Assembly (NCBI GenBank): GCA_039630085.1
Contig: JBCNVM010000010.1
Location: 17,090 to 49,089, forward strand
Origin: Candidatus Caldarchaeales archaeon
GTDB lineage: Archaea; Thermoproteota; Nitrososphaeria_A; Caldarchaeales; Calditenuaceae
Direction of reading: 5' to 3'
DNA length: 32,000 nucleotides
This document shows, one piece after another, positions 8,452-16,402 of the stretch (its first letter is position 1; each line of letters starts with the position of its first letter). A program made the translations under genes and the position numbers. The notes beneath the pieces were generated by a model that worked only from the letters and a program-made list of their open reading frames with translations, was not told the origin of the DNA and made no database searches.

Positions 8452-9216
8452 ATGCGCCGCGACCTCCCGCGGGTCGAGGTCATAGGCCTTAGGCTACCTA
8501 TGGTCAAGGAGGGCGACGACCTGGCGGAGCTGATCGTCTCGGCCGCGGAGGAGCTCGGAGTCGGGCTCAGGACCGGGGACGTCGTGGTCGTCTCGCAGAT
8601 CGTGGTCTCGAAGGCTGAGGGCCGGGTGATGCCGCTCGCCTCGGTCGAGCCGAGCGAGAGGGCCCTGAGGATCGCGAGGGTCACGGGGAAGGACCCGAGG
8701 CACGTCGAGGTGATCCTCAGGGAGTCGGCGGAGGTGCTGAGGATAAGGGACGACGGGCTGATAATCACCGAGACGAGACACGGGCTCGTCTGCGCCAACA
8801 GCGGCGTCGACCTCTCCAACGTCGGCGAGGGAAACGTCGCGCTCCTCCCGGTCGACCCCGACTCCTCCGCGAGGAGGATCAGGGAGAGGATAAGGGAGCT
8901 GAGGGGGGCGGAAGTCGCGGTGGTCGTCTCCGACAGCCACGGCAGGCCCTTCAGGAGGGGCGCGATCAACGTCGCGATCGGCTGCAGCGGCGTCGAGCCG
9001 ATACTGGACCTGAGGGGCAAGCCTGACCTCTATGGGAGGGTCCTCCAGAGCAAGCAGATCTGCGTCGCCGACGAGCTCGCGTCGGCAGCGGAGCTGGTGA
9101 TGGGCAACGCCGACGAAGGCATACCGGTCGCGGTGATCAGGGGCTACGCCTACAGGAGGTCGGAGCGGGGCGCCTCGGCGATCGTGAGGCCGAAGGAGGA
9201 GGACCTCTTCAGGTGA
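8452..9216 (+). CDS. cofE: Coenzyme F420-0:L-glutamate ligase (CofE)
   Basis: 254 aa from ATG 8452. CofE blocks: GDVVVVSQIVVSKAEGRV, GKDPRHVEVILRES, GLVCANSGVDLSNV, LLPVDPDSSARRI, VVVSDSHGRPFRRGAINVAIG, ADELASAAELVMGNADEGIPVAVIRG. Confidence 0.85.
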   Translation: MRRDLPRVEVIGLRLPMVKEGDDLAELIVSAAEELGVGLRTGDVVVVSQIVVSKAEGRVMPLASVEPSERALRIARVTGKDPRHVEVILRESAEVLRIRDDGLIITETRHGLVCANSGVDLSNVGEGNVALLPVDPDSSARRIRERIRELRGAEVAVVVSDSHGRPFRRGAINVAIGCSGVEPILDLRGKPDLYGRVLQSKQICVADELASAAELVMGNADEGIPVAVIRGYAYRRSERGASAIVRPKEEDLFR

Positions 9217-9297
9217 CCCGGGCCGGACGGAGGGCCTCGCGCCTCGGCTCTGTCGCCTGGGCGCAGAGCTAAATACAGTAGCGGAAAGGGCAGGACG

Positions 9298-9540
9298 ATG
9301 CCGCACGTCAGGATCGTCTACTGCGTCCCCTGCGGCCACCTTCCGAGGGCTACCCAGCTGGCGACGGAGCTGCTGAACAGGTACGGCACCAGATACCTGA
9401 AGAACTTCTCGGTGACCCTGGACACCGGAGACGGAGGGACCTTCGACGTCTACGTCGACGGCAACTTGGTCTACTCGAGGAAGGCTGCCGGAGGCAGGTT
9501 CCCGACGGTCGAGGACATAGCCAAGGCGATCGAGGGCTGA
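9298..9540 (+). CDS. Rdx-family (SelW/SelT/SelH-like) thioredoxin-fold protein, Cys form
   Basis: 80 aa. The N-terminal IVYCVPCGHLPRATQLATELL carries the Rdx CxxC/U redox motif followed by the RA..L..EL helix. Confidence 0.8.
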   Translation: MPHVRIVYCVPCGHLPRATQLATELLNRYGTRYLKNFSVTLDTGDGGTFDVYVDGNLVYSRKAAGGRFPTVEDIAKAIEG

Positions 9541-9547
9541 AGGCCCC

Positions 9548-10003
9548 GTGAGAGGCAGGAGGGTCGCTGTCGGCGCCGACGACCTCTATCCGGCCGCGAA
9601 GGCCGTCGTCGATTACCTGAGGTCGAAGGGGTACGAGGTGATCGAGCTGGGGTCGCTCAGGACGGGGAAGGTGGAGCCCTGGCCCGAGGTCGGCACTCAG
9701 GTCGGCGAGATGGTCGTCAGGGGCGAGGTGGGGTGGGGAGTCGTGGTCTGCTACACCGGGACCGGCGTCTCGATCGCGGCCAACAAGGTGAGGGGCGTCA
9801 GGGCCGCCCTCTGCTTCGACGCGGAGACCGCCAAGGGGGCGAGGCTCTGGAACGACGCTAACGTCCTCGCGCTCAGCGGGAGGCTCACGTCGCCGCAGGT
9901 GGCGAAGGAGATCGTCGATGCCTGGCTCTCGGTGGGGTCGATCGACGAGTCGGAGAGGGACAACATCGAGAGGCTGAAGGCCTACGACGAGGCCCGGCCC
10001 TGA
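9548..10003 (+). CDS. rpiB: RpiB/LacA/LacB-family sugar-phosphate isomerase (ribose-5-phosphate isomerase B-like)
   Basis: 151 aa, GTG start 7 nt after the Rdx stop. Blocks: GVVVCYTGTGVSIAANKVRGVRAALCFDAETAKGARLWNDANVLALSGRL. Confidence 0.85.
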   Translation: MRGRRVAVGADDLYPAAKAVVDYLRSKGYEVIELGSLRTGKVEPWPEVGTQVGEMVVRGEVGWGVVVCYTGTGVSIAANKVRGVRAALCFDAETAKGARLWNDANVLALSGRLTSPQVAKEIVDAWLSVGSIDESERDNIERLKAYDEARP

Positions 10004-10470
10004 GGGGCCAGTCGTCTGAGGAAGCCCTCGACCTCCCTCGCGTGCTCAGCGGGGCTGATCTTCGTGAAGACGCCCACCACGGTGCCGTCGGGGGCGATGA
10101 CGAACGTGTGGCGCCTCGACTTCCTGAAGATCGGGTTGAGGGACCCGTAGGCCCTCGAGACCTCGCCGTCGACGTCGCTGAGCAGGGTGAAGTTCAGGTT
10201 GTACTTCCTCGCGAACTTCGCGTTCCTCTCCGGCGGATCGGTGCTGACGCCGACGACGATCGCCCCGAGCCCCGAGAGGTCCGGGAGGGCGTCCCTGAAG
10301 CTGCAGGCCTCCTTGGTGCAGCCCGGGGTGTCGGCCATCGGGTAGAAGTAGAGGACGACGTACTTCCCAGACTTCAGCGCCTCGGAGAGCCTGAAGGTCC
10401 TGCCTTCGGAGGTGGGGAGCTCGAAGTCCGGCGCCCTCTTCCCCATGAGGTCCTCTGGGCCCGAGGACAT
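9982..10470 (-). CDS. bcp: Peroxiredoxin Bcp (thiol peroxidase)
   Basis: 162 aa with the active-site block YVVLYFYPMADTPGCTKEACSFRD. The 3' end overlaps rpiB convergently by 22 nt. Confidence 0.9.
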   Translation of the reverse strand: MSSGPEDLMGKRAPDFELPTSEGRTFRLSEALKSGKYVVLYFYPMADTPGCTKEACSFRDALPDLSGLGAIVVGVSTDPPERNAKFARKYNLNFTLLSDVDGEVSRAYGSLNPIFRKSRRHTFVIAPDGTVVGVFTKISPAEHAREVEGFLRRLAPQGRASS

Positions 10471-10495
10471 GTCCTCCGCCCCGGACCGAGTCGGG

Positions 10496-10825
10496 TCAGT
10501 GGCCGCAGCCGCAGGAGCAGCTGTGCCCTCCCGAAGGCCTCGCTCCCTTGACGACGAACCCCTCGCCGTAAGGAGTGGCCGCGTAGTCGAGCTCGACCCC
10601 CTTGAGCCTCTCCGCGGAGAAGCTGTCGACGATGAACGTGACGCCGTCGACGTTGATGACGAGGTCGTCGCCGTTGACTTGGTCGTCGAGGGCCAGCCCG
10701 TACGCGGGACCGCAGCACCCCTCGCTGACGAAGATTCTGACGCCGAACGACTCGCCCGCCTCCTTCAGTATCTCCTTCATCTTCTGGACCGCGAGCGGCG
10801 AAACCCTGATGTCCAGCCCGTCCAC
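10496..10825 (-). CDS. iscA: HesB/IscA-family iron-sulfur cluster insertion protein
   Basis: Core GVRIFVSEGCCGPAYGLALDD...VDSFSAERLKGVELDY...GFVV with a C-terminal Cys cluster SCSCGCGH. Start set at GTG 10825 (VDGLDIRVSPLAVQKMKEIL), giving 109 aa. TTG 10867 is an alternative. ATG 10972 would overlap the upstream gene. Confidence 0.75.
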   Translation of the reverse strand: MDGLDIRVSPLAVQKMKEILKEAGESFGVRIFVSEGCCGPAYGLALDDQVNGDDLVINVDGVTFIVDSFSAERLKGVELDYAATPYGEGFVVKGARPSGGHSCSCGCGH

Positions 10826-10905
10826 GCGCTGTCCGGCCGACTCCGTCCCAAAAAGCTTGCCCCACAACTCAGCGCGAATGCGGTCCGGGTAGAGATCAGT
10901 GCCTC

Positions 10906-11142
10906 TCAGGTCGAGCTCATAACGAGCATCGTCAGCGTCGACCTGACCTTCTCGAGCCTCCTGATGTTCCACGAGACGATCTCCTTCAGCTTCTCCATGT
11001 TCTCCGCCTCGACCTTCGCGACGATGTCGTAGACGCCGTAGACCGCGTAGGCCTCCTTCACCGCCGGTATGCTCTGGAGCTTCCTCAGGACCTCCTCCTC
11101 GGACCCGATCTCGGTGTTGATCAGGACGAACGCGATCGGCAT
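10906..11142 (-). CDS. Stand-alone Lrp/AsnC ligand-binding (RAM) domain protein
   Basis: 78 aa. IAFVLINTEIGSEEEVLRKLQSIPAVKEAYAVYGVYDIVAKVEAENMEKLKEIV is a typical RAM fold without an HTH. Confidence 0.8.
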   Translation of the reverse strand: MPIAFVLINTEIGSEEEVLRKLQSIPAVKEAYAVYGVYDIVAKVEAENMEKLKEIVSWNIRRLEKVRSTLTMLVMSST

Positions 11143-11261
11143 CTCGAGCGTTTTTTAATAATCCTCACTTAATAAGGTTATTCCCTTTCGTTCTGCCGAC
11201 CATGAGCCGCAACCGAACGCCGGCTCTCAGCTCCGCATCAAACGTCTGAGTAACTTCAGCA

Positions 11262-11272
11262 TTTTCATATAA
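11262..11272 (+). promoter_or_regulatory. TATA-like box upstream of the rhodanese gene
   Basis: TTTTCATATAA sits in an AT-rich 158-nt divergent intergenic region, centred about 34 nt upstream of ATG 11301. Confidence 0.4.
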
Positions 11273-11276
11273 CCCC

Positions 11277-11292
11277 CTTATTGTGCAATAAG
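11277..11292. promoter_or_regulatory. Perfect 7+7 palindrome (candidate operator) between the TATA box and the rhodanese start
   Basis: CTTATTG-TG-CAATAAG read directly from the sequence. It ends 9 nt before ATG 11301. Confidence 0.4.
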
Positions 11293-11300
11293 CTCGAGAT

Positions 11301-12140
11301 ATGAGCGTGCAGATCCCGCCACTGGTATCGACCGAATGGGTCGCGAGGAACATCAGGAACCCCGACGTGAGGATTGTCGAGGTCGACTACGACCCCCAGA
11401 CCGCCTACTACCAGGGACACGTGCCCGGAGCGATCCTCTGGGACTGGAAGAGGGACATCAACGACCAGCTCGAGAGGAACATCGTCTCGAAGGAGGGCTT
11501 CGAGGCCCTGATGTCGAGGAGCGGCGTCTCGAACGAGACCCACGTCGTCCTCTACGGCGACTTCAACAACTGGTTCGCGGCCTTCGCGTTCTGGGTGATG
11601 AGGCTTTACAACCACGAGAGGGTCAGCCTGATGGACGGAGGGAGGAAGAAGTGGATCGCGGAGGAGAAGGAGCTGACGAAGGAGGTCCCGACGTACCCGC
11701 CGGCGCAGTACAGGGTCACCAGGGTCAACTACGAGTTCAGGGTCTTCATGAACGACGTCAGGACTAGGCTCGGGAGCCCGCAGGTCGCGCTGGTCGACGT
11801 GAGGTCTCCCGACGAGTTCACGGGGAAGATACTGGCGCCTCCGGAGTACCCGACCGAGCACGCCCAGCGCGGAGGCCACATACCCGGTGCGGTCAACATA
11901 CCATGGGGCAAGGCCCTCAACGAGGACGGGACCTTCAAGAGCCCGGAGGAGCTGAGGAGGCTCTACGAGTCCGCGGGCGTCACCCCGGACAAGGAGGTGA
12001 TCACCTACTGCAGGATCGGCGAGAGGTCCTCGGTCACGTGGTTCGTGCTGAAGCACCTCCTTAACTACCCGAAGGTCCGGAACTACGACGGCAGCTGGAG
12101 CGAGTGGGGCAACGCGGTCGGGACGCCGATAGAGCGCTGA
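11301..12140 (+). CDS. Thiosulfate/3-mercaptopyruvate sulfurtransferase (tandem rhodanese domains)
   Basis: 279 aa. N-terminal inactive rhodanese domain (LVSTEWVARNI...GHVPGA) and a C-terminal catalytic loop YCRIGERSS (CRxGxR type). Confidence 0.9.
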   Translation: MSVQIPPLVSTEWVARNIRNPDVRIVEVDYDPQTAYYQGHVPGAILWDWKRDINDQLERNIVSKEGFEALMSRSGVSNETHVVLYGDFNNWFAAFAFWVMRLYNHERVSLMDGGRKKWIAEEKELTKEVPTYPPAQYRVTRVNYEFRVFMNDVRTRLGSPQVALVDVRSPDEFTGKILAPPEYPTEHAQRGGHIPGAVNIPWGKALNEDGTFKSPEELRRLYESAGVTPDKEVITYCRIGERSSVTWFVLKHLLNYPKVRNYDGSWSEWGNAVGTPIER

Positions 12141-12201
12141 CCTCGAGCTCCCGCGAACTCCTTCAACCTATATTTCTGGGGGAGAGCCTCCGACGGCCGG
12201 A

Positions 12202-13092
12202 ATGGACGGAGTGGGACACATCGGGAAGGGAGTCTACATCATCGACAACGGAGGGCTCTACTACGACCGGACCAACGCGACGTTCCTCGTCAGGACCAAC
12301 GGAAAGGCGATCGTCGTCGACACGGGCTACGCCTCTAGGTACGAGAGGGTCCTGAGGGCCCTGAGGGCGATCGGGGTCACGAGGGAGGAGCTGAGCGTCG
12401 TCGCGCTGACCCACGTGCACCTCGACCACTGCGGCGCCGCGCCGAAGTTCGTCAGGGACTTCCCCAACGCGACGGTGCTAGTCCACCCGAAGGGCTCGAG
12501 GCACCTGGCGGACCCCTCGAAGCTCCTCGAGGCGACGAAGTCCATCTTCAGGCCCAGGGACTTCGAGGCGATGGGAGGCATGGACCCGGTGGACCCGTCG
12601 AGGGTGGCCGAGGTCTCCGACGAGGAGGACGTAGAGGTCGGGGGCGTGACGCTGAGGGCGGTCTACACTCCGGGACACGCGCCCCACCACGTCGCGTACC
12701 TGCTCATGCCCCACAACTACGTCTTCGCGGGCGACGCCCTGGCCACCAGGGGCCCGATCTTCAGCTTCCCGCTCCCCGACACGGTCCCGCCGAAGTTCGA
12801 CGTCGAGCAGGGACTCAGGAGCATCGACCGGATCTTCGACCTCGGAGCAAGACTGGTCATGATCACCCACTACGGCACTTACCTCGCGACGGAGGAGATG
12901 AGGGAGGAGGAGCTAAGGCTCTACAGGAGCTGGTTCGAGAGGATAAGGGCCCTGAAGGACGAGAGGCTTGACCACGGCGCCATCGCGGAGATCATCATCA
13001 GGGAGTACGAGTCGGCCCTCAAGGCCCCGCTCCACGCGGTCGCGAAGGACTGGATCCGGAGGTACGTCCTGGGAGCCTATCTCAGCGTGTGA
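12202..13092 (+). CDS. MBL-fold metallo-hydrolase
   Basis: 296 aa with LTHVHLDHCG (HxHxDH), YTPGHAPHH, FAGDAL and ITHYG metal-ligand blocks. TATA-like CCTATATTTC lies about 31 nt upstream. Confidence 0.85.
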   Translation: MDGVGHIGKGVYIIDNGGLYYDRTNATFLVRTNGKAIVVDTGYASRYERVLRALRAIGVTREELSVVALTHVHLDHCGAAPKFVRDFPNATVLVHPKGSRHLADPSKLLEATKSIFRPRDFEAMGGMDPVDPSRVAEVSDEEDVEVGGVTLRAVYTPGHAPHHVAYLLMPHNYVFAGDALATRGPIFSFPLPDTVPPKFDVEQGLRSIDRIFDLGARLVMITHYGTYLATEEMREEELRLYRSWFERIRALKDERLDHGAIAEIIIREYESALKAPLHAVAKDWIRRYVLGAYLSV

Positions 13093-13127
13093 CACTCAAA
13101 TAGCCGGCCTGCCCGGACCCCTCCAGG

Positions 13128-13547
13128 TTGAGCGTCAAGCTGGTCGACCCGTGGAGGCTGATCTCGGAGCTCTCGAGGCACCTGAAGGAGAGGAAGCTGG
13201 TGACGCCGCCGCCGTGGGCGAAGTTCGCGAAGACCGGCGTCGCGAAGGAAAGGCCTCCCTCGGACCCCGACTGGTGGTACGTCAGGTGCGCCTCGCTCCT
13301 CCGGAAGCTCTACCTGAAGGGCCCGGTGGGCGTCTCGAGGCTGAGGAGGGAGTACAGCGACAGGCACAGGATGGGCCACAGGAAGCCCCACTCGGCGCTG
13401 GGGAGCGGCAGCGTCATCAGGGAGGCCCTCCAGCAGCTCGAGGCCGCAAACCTCGTGACGAAGCAGGGGAAGAAGGGCAGGGTGCTGACCGAGAAGGGCA
13501 GGGAGCTGGTCGAGGAGTTCTGCGACAGGATCCTGAAGGCCTCATGA
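13128..13547 (+). CDS. rps19e: 30S ribosomal protein eS19 (S19e)
   Basis: 139 aa. WAKFAKTGVAKERPPSDPDWWYVRCASLLRKLYLKGPVGVSRLRREY and GSGSVIREALQQLEAANLV are canonical S19e blocks. TTG start per the track. Confidence 0.9.
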   Translation: MSVKLVDPWRLISELSRHLKERKLVTPPPWAKFAKTGVAKERPPSDPDWWYVRCASLLRKLYLKGPVGVSRLRREYSDRHRMGHRKPHSALGSGSVIREALQQLEAANLVTKQGKKGRVLTEKGRELVEEFCDRILKAS

Positions 13548-13777
13548 GCGTTAGGGAGAGGTTCTCGCGGATCAAGTCCGAGACCTCGGAGATCTCGGAG
13601 CGGGTTAGGGAGCTCAGGGACCTCTACGAGGCCGGCGAGCTCGACAGGGACGCGTACCTCGAGGCGAGGTTCGAGGCCGAGGTCGCCCACACCTATAGGA
13701 CGATGGAGCTCCTGAGGGAGGCCTTCGCTCCCGAGCGGCCTCCCCGCGGGAAGAGGGAAAAGCGGTCGGACGGGTAG
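13544..13777 (+). CDS. Small helical hypothetical protein, translationally coupled to rps19e
   Basis: Its ATG overlaps the S19e stop (ATGA). 77 aa: MSVRERFSRIKSETSEISERVRELRDLYEAGELDRDAYLEARFEAEVAHTYRTMELLREAF... Charged, coiled-coil-like composition. No family recognised. Confidence 0.45.
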   Translation: MSVRERFSRIKSETSEISERVRELRDLYEAGELDRDAYLEARFEAEVAHTYRTMELLREAFAPERPPRGKREKRSDG

Positions 13778-13988
13778 AGGCTACGCCTGGGCTTCCCGCA
13801 CAGCTCTTACCTGCTCGGAGAGAGCGACGGGAACAGACCTCGACGGCCGACGGCCTCACGCATCACCCCAGCAGAGGCCCGAGGAGGACGGACGCGACCA
13901 TCCCGATCCGTCTCTCCTCGACTCCGGAGCCGCCCTCCACGTCCATCCGCACGCGAACAGCCAGCGTCGACCAAGAGTTTCCTTCGGG

Positions 13989-15233
13989 TCACTCGCCGTA
14001 CATCTCGACCCTGCCGACCACGTCCATCAGGACGTTCATCAGGTCCAGGCCCCTGATCCTCCCCATCGAGCCCCTCCCGCAGCTGACCTCGTCGAACCTG
14101 ACGACTTCGTCCCTCCTCACGCCCTCTCCGGCTATCGCGACCGGGACAGGGTCGCCGTGGTGCCTCCCGTCGAGGGAGCTGGTCGTGTGGTCGCCGGTCA
14201 CGCAGACAACGGCCTCGGAGAGGACCGCGTCGAGGTGCCTCCGGAGCTCCCCGTCGATCCGCTCGATGAAGTCCCTCTTGACCGCGGGCTTTAGGTCGTG
14301 AGAGGCAGTGTCGGTGCCCTTGATGTGGAGGAAGACCAGGTCGTGGTTCCTCAGCGAGTCCACCGCGGCCTCGAACTTCGCCCTGAGGTCGGTGTTGAGG
14401 GTCCCGGTCGCGGTCGGGACGATCCTGACTTCCATCCCCGCGGCCCTGCAGACGCCCCTGTAGAGCGCGCCGCCCGCTATCACGACCGACCTGATCCCGT
14501 ACCTCTCCTTCAGCGAAGGCAGCCTCGGCATCACGCCGCCTCCCCTCGGGAGGACCGCGTTGGCGGGGTTCAGGCCCCTCTGCCTCCTCGAGGCGTTGAC
14601 CGGGTGCCCCTCGAGGACCTCCTTCGCCCTGCGCAGGAACCTCGACAGCTCCTCGGCCGTGACCCTCGCAGCCTCGGTGCCGTCGGTGGGCCTCGGCATC
14701 TGGACCCTCACGCCCTCCCTGTGCGGGTCGACGTCCGTCACCGAGGGCGACGCCTTCTCTCCCCTGATCACGAGGACGCCCCTGTGCTCGACGGTCGGGA
14801 AGTACTCGAACCTGAGGGCCGAGTCGAAGCCCTCCGCGAGCTCCGCGACCGCCCTTCCCAGCTCCCTCGCCTCCTCCGTCGAGATCCTGCCGGCCCTCCT
14901 GTCGATGAGGTTCCAGTCGTCGTCGACCGTCGCCATGTTAACCCTGAACGCGACGTCCCCGGGCCTCAGGTCCACGCCCGCGCCCAGCGCCTCGAGGGGG
15001 CCTCTGCCCGTGTAGTAGACCCTCGGGTCGTACCCCAGGATCGAGAGGTGTCCCGTGTCGCTACCCACAGGCACCCCTGGGGAGTAGGGGTCGAGGAGCC
15101 CGGTCATCCCCTCGGAGGCTATCAGGTCCAGCGCGACCTTCTTCGCGGCCTGCAGCGGCGTCATCAGCCCCAGCTCCTTGGAGGGCCTGTCGCCGAGGCC
15201 GTCGAGCATCAGAATGAGGACCTTGTCGGGCAC
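13989..15233 (-). CDS. apgM: 2,3-bisphosphoglycerate-independent phosphoglycerate mutase, archaeal type (ApgM)
   Basis: The C-terminal 414 aa of track ORF 13989..16379 read VPDKVLILMLDGLGDRPSKELGLMTPLQAA...VTGDHTTSSLDGRHHGDPVPV, typical of ApgM. GTG 15233 was chosen; TTG 15248 is an alternative. The rest of the track ORF is antisense to the polymerase gene. Confidence 0.85.
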   Translation of the reverse strand: MPDKVLILMLDGLGDRPSKELGLMTPLQAAKKVALDLIASEGMTGLLDPYSPGVPVGSDTGHLSILGYDPRVYYTGRGPLEALGAGVDLRPGDVAFRVNMATVDDDWNLIDRRAGRISTEEARELGRAVAELAEGFDSALRFEYFPTVEHRGVLVIRGEKASPSVTDVDPHREGVRVQMPRPTDGTEAARVTAEELSRFLRRAKEVLEGHPVNASRRQRGLNPANAVLPRGGGVMPRLPSLKERYGIRSVVIAGGALYRGVCRAAGMEVRIVPTATGTLNTDLRAKFEAAVDSLRNHDLVFLHIKGTDTASHDLKPAVKRDFIERIDGELRRHLDAVLSEAVVCVTGDHTTSSLDGRHHGDPVPVAIAGEGVRRDEVVRFDEVSCGRGSMGRIRGLDLMNVLMDVVGRVEMYGE

Positions 15234-15290
15234 GGCACCCGTTATCAAGCCCCGAGTGATTAGGATTCCCGGACCGGAGGCGGGGAGGCG

Positions 15291-16373
15291 ATGAAAGTGA
15301 TAGCCTGCGTCGACATCGACTACTTCTTCGCGCAGGCGGAGGAGCTGAGGAGGCCCGGCATCTCGGAGAGGCCGGTCGTCGTCTGCGTCTTCTCTGGGAG
15401 GGACGAGCTGAGCGGCGCGGTCGCGTCTGCGAACTACGTGGCCAGGTCCTTCGGCGTGAGGGCCGGAATGCCGATCAGGGAGGCGGTCCAGAGGCTCAGG
15501 GGGGCGGACGCGGTGGTCCTCCCGGTCGACAAGGGGTACTACCTCGAGCTCTCGAGGAGGGCCTTCGAGGCCCTGGAGGGGTTCTCGGGTGCGATGGAGG
15601 TCGTGAGCGTCGACGAGGCCTTCCTCGACGTGACCGAGGCCGCCGGCGGCTTCGAGGGCGCGGAGAGGGTGGGAGCGGAGATGAAGAGGGCGGTGAGGGA
15701 GGCGACGGGGCTCAGGTGTTCGGTGGGAATCGGGCCGAACAAGCTGGTCGCGAAGGTCGCCTGCGACAGGTCCAAGCCCGACGGGTTTATGGTCGTCAGG
15801 CCCGGCGACGTCGAGTCCTTCCTCAGGGACCTCCCGGTGACGGAGCTCCCGTTCGTGGGAAGGAAGGTCGGCGCCAGGCTGAGGGAGATGGGGATAGAGA
15901 CGGTGGGGGGACTCGCGAGGGCCGACCCGCAGGTCCTGATGGAGAAATTCGGGAGGGCGCTCGGGACCTACCTCTACCTCGCGAGCAGGGGACAGTACGA
16001 CGAACCCGTCGCGCCGAGGTCCGGGCGGAAGCAGCTGAGCAGGATCGTGACGCTGAAGAGGGACAGCTCTGACGTTGGGGAGATCGTCGGGCAGCTCTCC
16101 GGCCCGGTCGACGACCTCATCTCGAGGCTGAACGCGGAGGGCCTCGCGCACAGGGGCGTCGGCGCGATCGGGATATCGACCGACCTGAAGACCTACACGA
16201 GGTCCCTCACCCTCCAGAGGCCGAACAGGGAGAAGGAGCCGGTCGTGAGGGCCCTGAGGTCGCTCTTCGCGGAGATGCTCGGCGAGGTCGCCGGGCTGAA
16301 GCTGAGGAGGGCCGGGGTGAGGCTCTACGAGCTGGTGAGGATGAGGGGGCAGAGGACGCTGACCGACTTCTAG
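15291..16373 (+). CDS. dpo4: Y-family DNA polymerase IV (Dpo4/Dbh/DinB)
   Basis: 360 aa. Blocks: MKVIACVDIDYFFAQAEE, ANYVARSFGVRAGMP, SVDEAFLDVT, SVGIGPNKLVAKVACD. Confidence 0.9.
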   Translation: MKVIACVDIDYFFAQAEELRRPGISERPVVVCVFSGRDELSGAVASANYVARSFGVRAGMPIREAVQRLRGADAVVLPVDKGYYLELSRRAFEALEGFSGAMEVVSVDEAFLDVTEAAGGFEGAERVGAEMKRAVREATGLRCSVGIGPNKLVAKVACDRSKPDGFMVVRPGDVESFLRDLPVTELPFVGRKVGARLREMGIETVGGLARADPQVLMEKFGRALGTYLYLASRGQYDEPVAPRSGRKQLSRIVTLKRDSSDVGEIVGQLSGPVDDLISRLNAEGLAHRGVGAIGISTDLKTYTRSLTLQRPNREKEPVVRALRSLFAEMLGEVAGLKLRRAGVRLYELVRMRGQRTLTDF

Positions 16374-16402
16374 CCGCAACCCATAATCCCTCCGGAGACG
16401 CG

